Below, one piece after another: positions 9,301-19,848 of a stretch of 64,000 bases of DNA. Both the position numbers and the translations under genes were made by a program. Each line of letters opens with the position of its first letter. Positions within the stretch are counted from its first letter, which is position 1. Below the pieces are notes generated by a model that had not been told where the DNA came from, searched no databases, and saw nothing but the letters and a program-made list of their open reading frames with translations. The stretch comes from a virus: the IMG/VR virus record IMGVR_UViG_3300030085_001980; one strand, written 5' to 3'.

Positions 9301-12143
9301 CCACCATAAACTCTCAGGTTGGAATTACCGTGAGTCGCATAGCTAGGCGTATAAGCAATGGTTGAACCTGCACGGAGTTTATAACGTACTCTCAGGTAGT
9401 TCTGTGTGCTGAATGTTTCAGTCGCTCCAAGGTCTTTCTGGTTGAGAGCACCGTTAAGATATAGATCTGAATTGAAGAGAGCGTCACCTTCAATGTAACC
9501 ACCACCATCAAAGCGGAAAGCACCGTAATCGCCCCCAGAGATAACAAAGTTGTCGTTGGCGTCAGTAGAAATTGTGGGGTTGTCATTGTCTTCAAGGTGG
9601 ACGAATTGAGCAACATTCAGCTGACCTTCGATGTCAGTGTTGCCGTTAGTGCTACTGACTTGGAATTTGTTTGCTGATCCATTGGTAATAGTAAATGTCT
9701 TACCAGTGGTATCCAGCAACATATTGTCGTGGAAAGTGGATGCAGCATCCACATCCAAAGTGCTGTTCAGGGTCGTAGCAAGATCAACATCCAGAGTGCT
9801 GTTGAAAGTTACGCCACCATCAACATCGAGGGTACCGTCAGTATGAGTATTGCCATTGTCAGTATCGACAACAAATTTCTCAGTAGTACCATCGGTGATA
9901 GAGAACACCGTGTTAGGACCAACAACTCTAAGATCATCTTCAAACGTACTGTCAGAGTTAACCGTAACAGTATCGCTAGAAGCATTACCCAAAGTCACAT
10001 TGCCTTGGATATTCAGGTCACCCTGAGACAAGACATTGCCATTGGTTGCAGTAACATAAAACTTACCGCTGTTTACATCCAGGTCACCAGCAATATCTGC
10101 GGTTCCACCGATGTAAACGTTTTGAGAAATACCAGCACCACCAGTAACAACCAATGTTCCAGTTGTGGTGGAAGTAGATCCAGTATTTGTAGTCAGTGAA
10201 AGTGCACCTGCCTTCAGGTAAGCATCAGTTCCACTAAAGACTTCGCCAGTGTTGGTTGCGTTATACAGGAATGAGAAACCACCTGTACCACCGTCAAGAC
10301 GAGTTACACTCTCATCCCAACCATAGAAACCAACTCTTGCTTGTGAATCATAATAAGAGAACTCAACACCACGGTCCTTACCGTCATCAGTTGTAGGAGC
10401 AGTGTCACCACCAAGAACGATGATGGGATCATCGACCGTGATTGTCGTGGAGTTTACAGTCGTGGTTGTACCGTCAACTTGGAGGTTACCACGAATCTGG
10501 ACAGTACCAGTGATACCATCGTCATCCTCAGGATCCAGAACCAACGTACCGTTGCTAGTACCAAGGTGATTCTCTTGGAAGTAGAAATCTTCTACTTGGA
10601 CCTTGGCTGCAGCATCGGTAGCGGTAAGGACAATGCCGTTGTCAGCAGTGATATTGATATTGGCGTTGCCAGAACCAGCATTATTGCTAGTAATATCAAA
10701 AGTTCTATCTGTGGCTGAACTGACGTTATGATGAATGAAGAGGGATCCAGCAGTCCTCTCGATAGTTTGGAGAGGAGAAGTACCAGGACGATCGAGAACG
10801 ATACGGGCACCACTGATGTTAGTATCAACATTAATATCAACCCCGCCACTGCCAGAGTTATCAACGTTATTAGCAGTAAATAGAAGAGCGCCAGATGTAT
10901 CATTAATATAGACGTGGTTCAGGTAGTTGAAACCGTTGGGTGCATTTGTGGCGGTCAGTTCATCATCTAAAATGAATTCCTGAGTAGTGTTTCTGTCAGT
11001 GAGAATAATACGAGTATTCTCAAGCTGAGTATTGTCAATAGCACTCGCTGCAATAGTAACGTGTCCATTTGCATCTACATCGAAATCTTCTTGTGCAAAT
11101 GATGCGAGACCCTTCTGCTCAACAGCAGCGTCATTCAGGAATCTCCAACCACTTACATCACCTGTGCTATGAGTAGGTGCACCAGCACCAGCAACGATGT
11201 CGAGATATGCTTGATATACCTTACCACCTTCTTCAATAATATCGTAACGAGAGTATGCGGTACCAGCAGCATATGCATCATACTTGCTACCTTGAGTTGC
11301 AGTAGCAATAGGTACGTTGGTTGCTTGAGTGATACGACCATAACGATCGACTGAAAACTTAGTTGCGTTTACAGTTTCTGTACCGAATGGTTCACCAGCA
11401 GGACCGTTGGCAACAACTGAATTCAGAGACTCTACGTTATAGCTACCAACAACAACTGCCGTGTCAGCAAGGTCAATGAATGGGTTCTGAGCAACACCGT
11501 CAGCATTCTGGAAGATGATACGACCAGCACCACCAACCAAGTTTCTGGTGACAATAACACCAGTTGCAGTTCTGGTGAGAGTACCAAAAGTGGTTAGGTT
11601 GGCAAGAGATGACAGATCAGTATCAAGGGGTTGAGCGTCGGTGATGCCATACTCAGCAAGGGTAGACGCCAAACTAGCGCCGACAACTCTACCACGTGAG
11701 TCAACTTGGACTCTAGAGTACAGTGCAGTGGCGTCGGGATCGTTGGGATTATAGTGAGGCAGTGAAGGAACCAACTCCAAGTTGGTTGCCAGGTTCAGGT
11801 TTGAGGATCCATCAAATGAACCAGAACCAGTGATAGAACCAGTCAACTGGATCTGTCTAGAACTTGCAAGTCTGGTGGCAGTAGAGGCATTACCAATCAG
11901 AGTTGCGCTAATAGCACCTGCTTCAAAGTTACCGTCAGCGTCTCGCTTGACTAGCGTGTTTGCAGCGTTAGATTCCGTCTCTAGCGGTCGTTCATACCTT
12001 AGAGAGTTCCAGGGGGTCACACCGTCACCGATTTTGATACGCGACGTATCGATTTCGATTCCGAGTTCGCCTTGTGCAAGGATTGGGTTGATGTTTGCCC
12101 ACTGCTGAGCACCATCACGCCTTAATTGAATTCTATTTGCCAT
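6339..12143 (-). CDS. Long tail fibre protein (1934 aa)
   Basis: N-terminal IQLRRD...NPILAQGELG.E.DT..IKIGDG (Mtd-N-like), long G/T/N/V-rich shaft, C-terminal LTEG.NLYYT repeats. Confidence 0.88.
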   Translation of the reverse strand: MANRIQLRRDGAQQWANINPILAQGELGIEIDTSRIKIGDGVTPWNSLRYERPLETESNAANTLVKRDADGNFEAGAISATLIGNASTATRLASSRQIQLTGSITGSGSFDGSSNLNLATNLELVPSLPHYNPNDPDATALYSRVQVDSRGRVVGASLASTLAEYGITDAQPLDTDLSSLANLTTFGTLTRTATGVIVTRNLVGGAGRIIFQNADGVAQNPFIDLADTAVVVGSYNVESLNSVVANGPAGEPFGTETVNATKFSVDRYGRITQATNVPIATATQGSKYDAYAAGTAYSRYDIIEEGGKVYQAYLDIVAGAGAPTHSTGDVSGWRFLNDAAVEQKGLASFAQEDFDVDANGHVTIAASAIDNTQLENTRIILTDRNTTQEFILDDELTATNAPNGFNYLNHVYINDTSGALLFTANNVDNSGSGGVDINVDTNISGARIVLDRPGTSPLQTIERTAGSLFIHHNVSSATDRTFDITSNNAGSGNANINITADNGIVLTATDAAAKVQVEDFYFQENHLGTSNGTLVLDPEDDDGITGTVQIRGNLQVDGTTTTVNSTTITVDDPIIVLGGDTAPTTDDGKDRGVEFSYYDSQARVGFYGWDESVTRLDGGTGGFSFLYNATNTGEVFSGTDAYLKAGALSLTTNTGSTSTTTGTLVVTGGAGISQNVYIGGTADIAGDLDVNSGKFYVTATNGNVLSQGDLNIQGNVTLGNASSDTVTVNSDSTFEDDLRVVGPNTVFSITDGTTEKFVVDTDNGNTHTDGTLDVDGGVTFNSTLDVDLATTLNSTLDVDAASTFHDNMLLDTTGKTFTITNGSANKFQVSSTNGNTDIEGQLNVAQFVHLEDNDNPTISTDANDNFVISGGDYGAFRFDGGGYIEGDALFNSDLYLNGALNQKDLGATETFSTQNYLRVRYKLRAGSTIAYTPSYATHGNSNLRVYGGAGIATDLHIGDDLYIGKLNSGDTVEFSVLGESGNTEIGRVGQGSNSAGTLTVHGEATFNNPTSFTHNVTVGNANTDTLTVNSDATFTDNATVNGDFTVDGNTVLEGNLTVNGATTTINSTTQTLDDPIFTLGGDTDPTQADAKDRGIEFRYYSNSQARRGFFGWDNSQSRFAFYHNATNSSEAFSGTRSGLDVGSIKLFDTTNASNTSSGALVVGGGAGIGLDLYVGDDLSVGDDAAIGGNLDVTGDFDLTDDFRINTNKFTVASATGNTVVAGTFTSAGQATLQSGLSVSSNTTIGGTLGVTQATTLSSTLAVTSGTTLNNTLDVSGATNVNNTLGVTGITTLTNGSAATTTGSYSGDGALRVTGGASIGGNLVTQGDVRVYGNSVIDGTVNYAGIQTYTEKARFNNGTDATSATNTNVSLFTAGGLSVTKKAFIGDDFNVGSGNFTVDGPTGNTAVAGTLDVTQATTVAGFTATSTANLQSSLLLGGNLAINTNKFNVNSTSGNTDIAGSLDIVGTTTAAVFNATGTTTLSGTSIAISNSNSTTNVSGIVRILKSSDSTGYNNTSAALYTAGGISVAKRLNVGGNFMVGGSGGVKTTILSSNGNISTDGTLNVAQAATIGGTLGVTGQITGDVTGDLTGTADKSDLANVTNTPTSNLTYYPTFVSANNGYTEIRTDSNNLTYNPSSNTLTVNNFVSQTNFEVQGNLNVTGTITFFQSQVGSIANHDTDALTEGSTNLYFTDERVDDRVASLINGGTGISATYDDAGNMLTLSAVQADINTDNITEGSTNIFYTEARFDASLAGKSTTNLTEGTNLYYTDARADARIANATTDDLTEGSNLYYTDARADARIAAATTTDLAEGTNLYYTEARVDARIGALAATTAQGALADSATQPGDLATVATSGSYNDLSNLPTLFSGAYADLTGKPTLGTAAATASSDYATAAQGTKADTALQAETIDLTTLKATVAASTSFADFKTRIAAL
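6660..7120 (-). repeat. Five TxxLTEGxxNLYYTxARxDxRI repeats in the fibre
   Basis: Seen in the translation; three are tandem at ~72-75 nt spacing (6670-6880). Confidence 0.85.
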
Positions 12144-12182
12144 TGTTTATATGGATCCCACGATGGGTAGTAGCCTCTTTGA

Positions 12183-12190
12183 TATTTATA
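12183..12190 (-). promoter_or_regulatory. T4 late promoter TATAAATA for the fibre-neck operon
   Basis: Perfect consensus 40 nt upstream of ATG 12143. Confidence 0.85.
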
Positions 12191-12198
12191 CGACAAAC

Positions 12199-12221
12199 AA
12201 AAAGGGGACCTTTCGGTCCCC
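12199..12221 (-). terminator. Rho-independent terminator GGGGACC-GAAA-GGTCCCC-TTTTT
   Basis: Perfect 7-bp stem, GNRA loop, U tract. Confidence 0.9.
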
Positions 12222-12227
12222 GTTTCA

Positions 12228-12431
12228 TCATTCTACGTCTGCTTCATCGACCGTATTTTGTCCTAGGTACTCCAGCGTTTCGATCGCCCCTTGGAGTTTG
12301 AGCATCTGTTGCTCATTATCACGTACCTTAGCAGCAAGTTTTTGGTTTTCTTCTCGAAGGGCAGACCAACGCCCTTTGAAGTCTTCCAGAAGTTGTTCTT
12401 CTGACATAGTTTCAGTTTCAGTTGCGGTCAT
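12228..12431 (-). CDS. Small coiled-coil protein
   Basis: Heptad-like ORF next to the fibre gene; possible fibre chaperone. Confidence 0.7.
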   Translation of the reverse strand: MTATETETMSEEQLLEDFKGRWSALREENQKLAAKVRDNEQQMLKLQGAIETLEYLGQNTVDEADVE

Positions 12432-12655
12432 TGTAAAGTCTCCAGTAATGATTTAAGTAGAGTTTTGATCTCGGTCACTTCAGATTTTAGCATATCCACG
12501 TCTTGTTTCAACGTTTCTTGCTCCTCACTCTTCTGTTTCCGCTTCTTGGCAGCAACACCAAGAGGTTTGTCGGAGGTATTTAGCACTGCTCCAGATAGGG
12601 AATCCCGAACTAATTCGGGATGTCCTTCAACTCGCAGATATTGGGGTTTTGGCAT
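12428..12655 (-). CDS. Small protein with coiled-coil C-terminus
   Basis: ORF overlapping both neighbours. Confidence 0.75.
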   Translation of the reverse strand: MPKPQYLRVEGHPELVRDSLSGAVLNTSDKPLGVAAKKRKQKSEEQETLKQDVDMLKSEVTEIKTLLKSLLETLQ

Positions 12656-15600
12656 TACAAATCGCTAAGCGCAATAACACGGAGGTTCTTGATAGTAGGT
12701 ACGTAGCACTGATTCTGAGATGTCATAACAATCTTGATCTGTGCAGTAGTAAACTCTGTACCTTCATAAGTGTATTCAAAGTCTCTGTAGATTTCATCTT
12801 CAGTCTTTTGAATAGTCTTATCTTCCAAACCATTTCCGTTAAAGTATGTATATCCAATCTCATCGACTGGCAGGGACGTACCAACAGGAACGATCTTGTA
12901 AAGAACACGAATCTCAGTAGCAGGATGTCTCCACGCTTCAAAGCGTACGCGAATTGTATTTGCAGGATTGAGCAGGTTAATCACCTTAGTGAGATAGACC
13001 GCTTCGTTCTTATCACCGCTTGCTGCTTCGGAATCATTCTGACCGAAAGCAAGGTCGTTAATTCTGTTCATCGTAGTGATGAGAGAACAACGGTCGGTGT
13101 CAACCACAGGAGAAATGTTTGCGTTCTCTGTAGTCATAACCAGTTGAACGTTCAGTGACTTAGAACCAGACAATCTAGAGTCCTCGTTAACTTGAGAACA
13201 TACCAGTTTTGGTTCTTCCAGATAGTTATCTTCGTTTGGAATCATATCGTAATAGACACCATCGTTGATGAAGGATGCCTGAGTTACATTGTTTCCATCC
13301 TGAATAGATGTACCAGAGACAGCATTGAGTCTAGGTGTAATGTCAGTTTCAGGGAAGATATTCATCTGCAGTTGAGGATACAGTTGATCGAACTGTACGT
13401 TCTGAGTTGCAGTAACGTTATCACCACCACTTACAATACCTGCTGTAGAAACTGAAGTAACACCAAGTTTGTAAGAGTCAATCGTCGGATGACCGATTGC
13501 AGTGTGGAGTTTGTTAATCTCCGTCAGAGGAATACCATCAAGGTTGTAGCACTCAACAATACTGTTGGATGCGTGAGCCAGGGCAGCAGTTCCTGCTAGT
13601 CCACGACCACCTGAGGGAATCGTAATAATCTTACCATCAGCAGAGATTGCTTGATATTCAATAATCTCAAAGTGCTGTTTGGGAATCTCAGGATCGCGAA
13701 TTACAATGAAACCTTTGTTAGAGGTGCTAATCGTAGTACCATTAACAATAGTATGGAAAGCAGTTGCATCGTTTACGTGCAGTGCGAAGGAACTGGTTAC
13801 ACCATCAGATGCTGTAATACCGTTTGTATGGTATGCAGAATCCATCAGTGTTGGTGACACCTCAGATTCAACTCCTTCAATTCTTACGCTGTTTGCCTGA
13901 TCGTGCATACAGTGGTTTGCGTGACGAACAATAACCTCAGTTGCTTCGTTGAAGTAAGAAATCGGAGCAGATGGATAATCGTTGATGTCATCGCCAGCAA
14001 GAGTGACGCCATTGGATTGAACTGTGCCAGATGCAACAACAACAGAGTTAACTGTTTGTGAGATTGCATCGCCAGCAGCAAACGTACCAGTTACGGACTT
14101 AACAGTTACAGTACCAGTACCAGAGTTCCATTCGGTAACAGTTGCTGTTGCACCTGTGCCATTAGTGATGGACTCACCTGTTTGGAACGTACCGCTAGTA
14201 CCTGTCATAACGATGGTTGCGGTAGATCTGGAGGATACCAGTCTATAAATGTATGTTGAACCAGATGCAACACCTTCACGGAACGTACCAACCAGGTCAT
14301 CAACAATGATGTATGCGTTAGAAGAACCAGATACACCTTGGACAACTTCGCGAACAATCGCAGAAGGTGCAGGTGAAGTATCGGTCTGAGTCAACTCAGC
14401 ACCAATAGTGAAGTTTGCAATGTGGTCGGAAAGAATAATCTTAACCTGAGGTTTGGTGGTTTCGATCGGGTTGTGACGGAGGCTAGCAATACCACCATTA
14501 CCGATAGCAAGTTCAGCATTGTTAAACGCTGCTGTACCACTGGTGTTTGGCGTAAATGCTGCCTTGTACAGGATAAACTTAAGGTCTTCGTACTGGTCAG
14601 CGGTCCAGGTAGATGCGTTCTGAGACTTGAACAGAACACCAGCATAAGGTTGTTCGGAGATCGTTCTGTCGCTAGTTACGTCATCTTCACCCATTCTAGA
14701 GATCCAAAGTTTGTATTCGTTGGAGTCGGAAAGGATGACCACGCAATAGTCACGGTTCTCAACCACATATACAGGGGATGGGAATGTGAACTTGGTAGGA
14801 ATTGTACCGTTCTCAGAAAGATTTACTTGAGAAGGGAGGAGGGTAACGTCAGAGAATGCCAGAACCTTGGTAGTCGGATAACCATTTGCCATCTCTCTGA
14901 TCTGACAGGAGACAGGGATTCTCTCGTCACGAGTTCTGAAATAGATGTCAACACTGGTCAGGAATGCACCACCCTTAGATTCAACCAAGAAGGATTGTGC
15001 AAGAGGGTCATACCATCCAGTATCTCTAGTAACACGTGAGAACGTGTTGCTAACTGTACGATCTTGAGTAACCGTGTCACGTACCAGCTCAGCGTTTCTA
15101 ACTGCAAGAATAGTTTGCTGCTTAGTTTCAATAACACCAGAAGCAACATAGTTATGCTGTGCAGCAGAGTCAACCTCACCAGGAACTCTGGAGTCAGTAG
15201 CAGAAGTGGTAACACGGATAACGCGAGTACCAGTCGCAAATCTTGGATTGGTGTTGACTGCGGGGTTAGGAATCCAAATGATACCTTCCAGGTCACCGTT
15301 AGTATTAGCAACCATACGCTTCGGTTTGACCACAGCACGTGCACCAGAGGTAGCACCTACAAGGATCTCACCCTCAAGGGGGTTGCCATAATACGTACCA
15401 GCAACAGTCTCAGACATTGTTTTAGTATCAATGTTGAGATATGGAGTGGTAGATGCATAGGAGGATGCAAGTTCAGTGGAGTCATATGGTGACAGACCAT
15501 CATCGAATCCATTGTTGGGATCCATCAGCTTCAGTCTGCAACCAGATGTCTGACCGACAACAGTCTCACCGACAACGAAAGGAGTGTCGTTAGTTCTAGT

Positions 15601-18600
15601 ATCTTCAACGGTGTTCTTGATAACTTCAAGAAGTTTCGGTGAAGCGTAGAAGTTAATCTCTACGTTATCAATAAATGTATAGAATCTTGTGTTTGGCTTC
15701 AGACGCTGGATCTTGAATGCGATGTTTCTAGAACGGATGAACGGAACAATAGTACGTTCAATAGTACGATCACCAAGAGACTGGCGGTCAATTCTAGGAA
15801 CAACACGAGTTCTGAGACCTTGACGTGTCTGAGAGCTAGTAGTTCTAGTTGTGGTTGTGGTAATGAAACGAATACCAGGACCACGAAGGAACTGAGTGTT
15901 GGAAGAGTTACTAGATGCAGACCAGTTAGTTCTCCATCCTTGCCATTGGGTAGGAGCAAAACCAGTGTTTTGGTCAGCACCCAAACGGAGCATAGTAGCG
16001 TTGAAGTCGCCTTCCAGGTTTACAACACGATCAGCAGCACGACGAGTATCCACCCAGTCATCAGACGATGGGAACAAGTCAAGACGACCGATGTATGCAA
16101 ACACGTTGAACGGGTTGACATTCTCAACACGGGATGCATAGGGTTGGACAATAAATCTCTTCTCACTATATGGAAGAGTAATCGTGCCAGTCTCGTGCAA
16201 AGTAACACCACTAGAAGTCGCTGCGTTGTACGTCAGCGAAATGTTTGATGTGTAGTGTGAAGGACGAAGAACACCTTCTTTGAAGTCCAGGGAACAACCA
16301 AAGTCTTCGGAGTCTCCAGCAGCGGAGTCGAATGAAGTAAAGTTGTCAACCAAGAATCCATTCTTAAACTTATCGAAACCGTCACTGTCCTTAATAGACA
16401 GGGTGCTGGTTTCCAATTCAAGCATATTCAGCGAAGTGTAATACTCCAGCTGGTCAACACGTTTTTCAATCGTACCGATGTCACGCATCGTGAAACGACG
16501 ATTGTTTTCTCTAGAAATACTTACGTCTTCTGGTGAATAACCATATGGTTGGTGAACCATAGTGGCAAGTAACATTGCATTATCAATGTTTGCAGGAAGT
16601 TCTCCATTTTCACCAGGAGTACCTTGGATAACTTTGAATTTCTGTTGATCTGTCAAGAACAGTTTATCAATACGACCCAAGTAGAAGTCGTAGTCACAAC
16701 GGAAGTCGGATTCAGGTTTCGGAATATCGACAACGGTTGCGTTGTTGGCTACACCACCAGATTGGAAACTACGATCCTTGAAGTCAAGGGATGCACAGTT
16801 TACAAAATACGGAGAACCAACTGTACCAGAACCAGATAGAACAGGAGTAACAGCAGGTCGGAAATCAAGGACATCTCTCAGTTGCTTAACAACACCGTTT
16901 TGCTTAAAGGTTGGAATGTCATCATATGAAATACCAACGTACGATTCGGAAGCAAAATAGTCACCAGTTGCTTCGTGTACGAATCTGTTAAATACAATCT
17001 TGAGTTTTCTCAGTGGTTTAGTTGACTGAGCAAAACGAATCATCTTGGAAATATCATAATGATGACCTTGCTGGTTAGCATCCAGGAAGAAGTCTGACGT
17101 GATGTTTTTACTACCATTGTTGATAGAAGAATCAGCGTCGTTAATGATACCAGTGATTACGTTGTTGTTTGCGTCAAAACCACGTACACTTTCTCCCAGT
17201 TGGAAGAAGAAATCGTTTTCATATACTAAGTGGCAAACATATGACACAGAGTTGAACTCAACAACTCTTGCCTTTGCATTTGAGGTTTGACCTTCGATGA
17301 TCGTACCTTTCTTAAAGATGGTCGCATCCTGCATCGTAATGAAGGGGACCTGTGCAGGGTTGTCATCGAGAGATTCATAGACAGCGTGCACCTTATATAC
17401 ATCAGAAGAACCAAGAGAAATCTCTTCGTCTTCAATACGGGTTCCATACAAGGAACCATAAGACAGTCCATACTTAGGAGCGTCAGAAGAAATGTTGGTC
17501 TTTTCGACCTTCATAACTTCCATCTCAGTAGCGTTCTTGAGTCTCTTCTCTGCTTGGTTCTTAGAGATAGAGGCAACAAGACGACAGGAGGTAACACCAG
17601 AGAGACCAGAAACAGTCAGAGATGTTCTGGGGGTACCAGTTGTGTTAAATGCAAGGTTGGGTTCAATATCAATCAACGTACCTGCTGTAGGAGCAAGAGA
17701 TACGAGTTGATAATGATCCTTGTCATATGCAAGGAACTGTTCGTCAGCAGGCAGGGAGATCGTAAAGTCGTTAGATCCAGTGACGGTAATATCGTCAAAG
17801 GAACGTGCAACGATTGCCGATTCGTCAGAGATTTGACGGATCGACTTCTTGGGCATTTCGATCAGAAGATCTGCTGTCTCCTTATCATAGACCTGTGCTC
17901 TACGACGTACCAGGAATGCATAGTCTCCATTAGACACACCACTTGAAACACCACCAGCAGACAATGCACCACTCACGGAGTTGGTGATACTACCAGAAGT
18001 GAGAAGGTTGTCAATCTTATAAGTGTCACTACCATTAGGTGTCAAGATGTCACCAGGACGTAAATCTAGGGTGAAGTTAGACTTGGTACCAGTAAGAGTT
18101 GTACCGTTAACGTTGAAGTTACTACCAGCGATCAGTTTCTCGTCATCGAGAACAAGGTCACCAGCAAAAACGATTGCGTTAGTATCAGGGTCTCTACCAG
18201 TTACACCTTTAGCATCGGTGATCTCAAACTGGAAGAAGTCTGTAAGAGTTCCAACCTCAACACCATCACGCTCAATAACTTCACCAGCACGGAATCTACC
18301 AAATACCTGATAGACATTGAAGATCTGGTTACCAGCCTGTGCATCTACAACGAATGCTTTAGCACGAGATGTTCTACCACGGAGAACAGCACCTTGACCT
18401 GCAGTTACACCAACTGACATATGGAACACAGTCAGTGGTTGAATATCAAACAGGTACGTCTTAAATACGGTGCCTGTTGATGTGACAGTTGTTCCAGAGT
18501 GATATTCATATGCCGCACAACGTGCATATGCAATAACCTGTCCAGATGCAGTTAAACTATTACCAGGTGCAACATCACGGAACTCCAGAACCTGGTAGTT

Positions 18601-19845
18601 ATCAGTGATGTTAGAACCATTAATAATGGGAGAACCCTTCACGTTATTCATCAGCATATAGTTGCCGAGTTCAAACGGAATGATTGAGTTCTGTAATGCT
18701 TTTGTTGTTCTGGGTTTTTGGAGATCGAGGAAAGTTGGGACTAGAGTTTCAACCTCATATCCTCTAACGTACGCTTTACCAGGAGAAATCTCAACTGCAT
18801 AATATGAAGTGCTAGAAGCAATACCACCAGGAGAAGTTTGTCCAGGAAGATATACACCACCGTTGATGCCATCATCCTGATGCTCTCTCATACGGACATC
18901 AAAGTCACGTACTGTATAGTCACCAGATTCGTCGAAGGTACGACGAGCAAGTTCTTTGGAGAATTCGTTGTAAGCAGTTCTCTCTACAAACGATTCAACT
19001 GCTGCGTTGTTAATACGCAACAGTTCGATAAAGTTCTTGTCAGTGTCATCATCGATAACCTTCTTGGTTAGCGAAACCCTGATTCTGAACCTGTGAGCAC
19101 CAGGAGCAGAATAGTTAGATGTACCAGTAGCATTGTCGTTGAGATTAGGATCATCTTCTGGCGTTACGATAGACTCGAAGATTTCCAAACCAACCCTATA
19201 AGAAGGTGTGTTTGTATATTGATCCAGGATAATCGTCTGTTCAGATACATCAACGAAGTATCCACGGATGAAATAGACACCGTTAGCAACGGTAGCAGTA
19301 GAACCAATCGCAGTTGCTGTAGTAGGAAGCAACTGTGCAAAAGGAGTTCCAATCTCAATCAGTGTGCTACCAAACGTAAGTTCAGCATCACAAACCAACT
19401 GTTCGTTTTCGACGAAAGAACGTTCGTCAGAATCATCACCACCAGATGTGATGTACTTAAGATAAAGAGTAATATATCCACGCTCAGATTCTGCAGCAGA
19501 GATCGAGAACAGAACCTTTGCCTTAATACCAGTCGTAAGACCAGTGACAATTTTACCGCTCAGTTGCTCACGATACTGCTCAACATTGGTACCCAAGAAG
19601 GATGCCTGCAGAAGCACCGCTTTAGAGTCCAGGTCATAACCAACCTGTCCAGGGATGACCATTGCGCCGTCCTTGAACATATGAGAACCCATCGACTCCA
19701 CTTGGTTCTGGAGGATGGATTGCATCGTAGTAAGTTCCCTTGCCTGAATGGGGTATCCAGGGCGATAGAGAACCTTGTAAAAATTATTGTCCTTATCGAA
19801 ATCGTCGTAATAAGGACTAATGTTTAGGTTGGTATTCTGTGGCAT
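12655..19845 (-). CDS. DUF4815 (VrlC-like) virion structural protein, 2396 aa
   Basis: N-terminal SPYYDDFD...VLYRPG.PIQARELT.MQSILQNQ; later DPLAQSF and DLKF motifs. Confidence 0.85.
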   Translation of the reverse strand: MPQNTNLNISPYYDDFDKDNNFYKVLYRPGYPIQARELTTMQSILQNQVESMGSHMFKDGAMVIPGQVGYDLDSKAVLLQASFLGTNVEQYREQLSGKIVTGLTTGIKAKVLFSISAAESERGYITLYLKYITSGGDDSDERSFVENEQLVCDAELTFGSTLIEIGTPFAQLLPTTATAIGSTATVANGVYFIRGYFVDVSEQTIILDQYTNTPSYRVGLEIFESIVTPEDDPNLNDNATGTSNYSAPGAHRFRIRVSLTKKVIDDDTDKNFIELLRINNAAVESFVERTAYNEFSKELARRTFDESGDYTVRDFDVRMREHQDDGINGGVYLPGQTSPGGIASSTSYYAVEISPGKAYVRGYEVETLVPTFLDLQKPRTTKALQNSIIPFELGNYMLMNNVKGSPIINGSNITDNYQVLEFRDVAPGNSLTASGQVIAYARCAAYEYHSGTTVTSTGTVFKTYLFDIQPLTVFHMSVGVTAGQGAVLRGRTSRAKAFVVDAQAGNQIFNVYQVFGRFRAGEVIERDGVEVGTLTDFFQFEITDAKGVTGRDPDTNAIVFAGDLVLDDEKLIAGSNFNVNGTTLTGTKSNFTLDLRPGDILTPNGSDTYKIDNLLTSGSITNSVSGALSAGGVSSGVSNGDYAFLVRRRAQVYDKETADLLIEMPKKSIRQISDESAIVARSFDDITVTGSNDFTISLPADEQFLAYDKDHYQLVSLAPTAGTLIDIEPNLAFNTTGTPRTSLTVSGLSGVTSCRLVASISKNQAEKRLKNATEMEVMKVEKTNISSDAPKYGLSYGSLYGTRIEDEEISLGSSDVYKVHAVYESLDDNPAQVPFITMQDATIFKKGTIIEGQTSNAKARVVEFNSVSYVCHLVYENDFFFQLGESVRGFDANNNVITGIINDADSSINNGSKNITSDFFLDANQQGHHYDISKMIRFAQSTKPLRKLKIVFNRFVHEATGDYFASESYVGISYDDIPTFKQNGVVKQLRDVLDFRPAVTPVLSGSGTVGSPYFVNCASLDFKDRSFQSGGVANNATVVDIPKPESDFRCDYDFYLGRIDKLFLTDQQKFKVIQGTPGENGELPANIDNAMLLATMVHQPYGYSPEDVSISRENNRRFTMRDIGTIEKRVDQLEYYTSLNMLELETSTLSIKDSDGFDKFKNGFLVDNFTSFDSAAGDSEDFGCSLDFKEGVLRPSHYTSNISLTYNAATSSGVTLHETGTITLPYSEKRFIVQPYASRVENVNPFNVFAYIGRLDLFPSSDDWVDTRRAADRVVNLEGDFNATMLRLGADQNTGFAPTQWQGWRTNWSASSNSSNTQFLRGPGIRFITTTTTRTTSSQTRQGLRTRVVPRIDRQSLGDRTIERTIVPFIRSRNIAFKIQRLKPNTRFYTFIDNVEINFYASPKLLEVIKNTVEDTRTNDTPFVVGETVVGQTSGCRLKLMDPNNGFDDGLSPYDSTELASSYASTTPYLNIDTKTMSETVAGTYYGNPLEGEILVGATSGARAVVKPKRMVANTNGDLEGIIWIPNPAVNTNPRFATGTRVIRVTTSATDSRVPGEVDSAAQHNYVASGVIETKQQTILAVRNAELVRDTVTQDRTVSNTFSRVTRDTGWYDPLAQSFLVESKGGAFLTSVDIYFRTRDERIPVSCQIREMANGYPTTKVLAFSDVTLLPSQVNLSENGTIPTKFTFPSPVYVVENRDYCVVILSDSNEYKLWISRMGEDDVTSDRTISEQPYAGVLFKSQNASTWTADQYEDLKFILYKAAFTPNTSGTAAFNNAELAIGNGGIASLRHNPIETTKPQVKIILSDHIANFTIGAELTQTDTSPAPSAIVREVVQGVSGSSNAYIIVDDLVGTFREGVASGSTYIYRLVSSRSTATIVMTGTSGTFQTGESITNGTGATATVTEWNSGTGTVTVKSVTGTFAAGDAISQTVNSVVVASGTVQSNGVTLAGDDINDYPSAPISYFNEATEVIVRHANHCMHDQANSVRIEGVESEVSPTLMDSAYHTNGITASDGVTSSFALHVNDATAFHTIVNGTTISTSNKGFIVIRDPEIPKQHFEIIEYQAISADGKIITIPSGGRGLAGTAALAHASNSIVECYNLDGIPLTEINKLHTAIGHPTIDSYKLGVTSVSTAGIVSGGDNVTATQNVQFDQLYPQLQMNIFPETDITPRLNAVSGTSIQDGNNVTQASFINDGVYYDMIPNEDNYLEEPKLVCSQVNEDSRLSGSKSLNVQLVMTTENANISPVVDTDRCSLITTMNRINDLAFGQNDSEAASGDKNEAVYLTKVINLLNPANTIRVRFEAWRHPATEIRVLYKIVPVGTSLPVDEIGYTYFNGNGLEDKTIQKTEDEIYRDFEYTYEGTEFTTAQIKIVMTSQNQCYVPTIKNLRVIALSDL

Positions 19846-19848
19846 TTC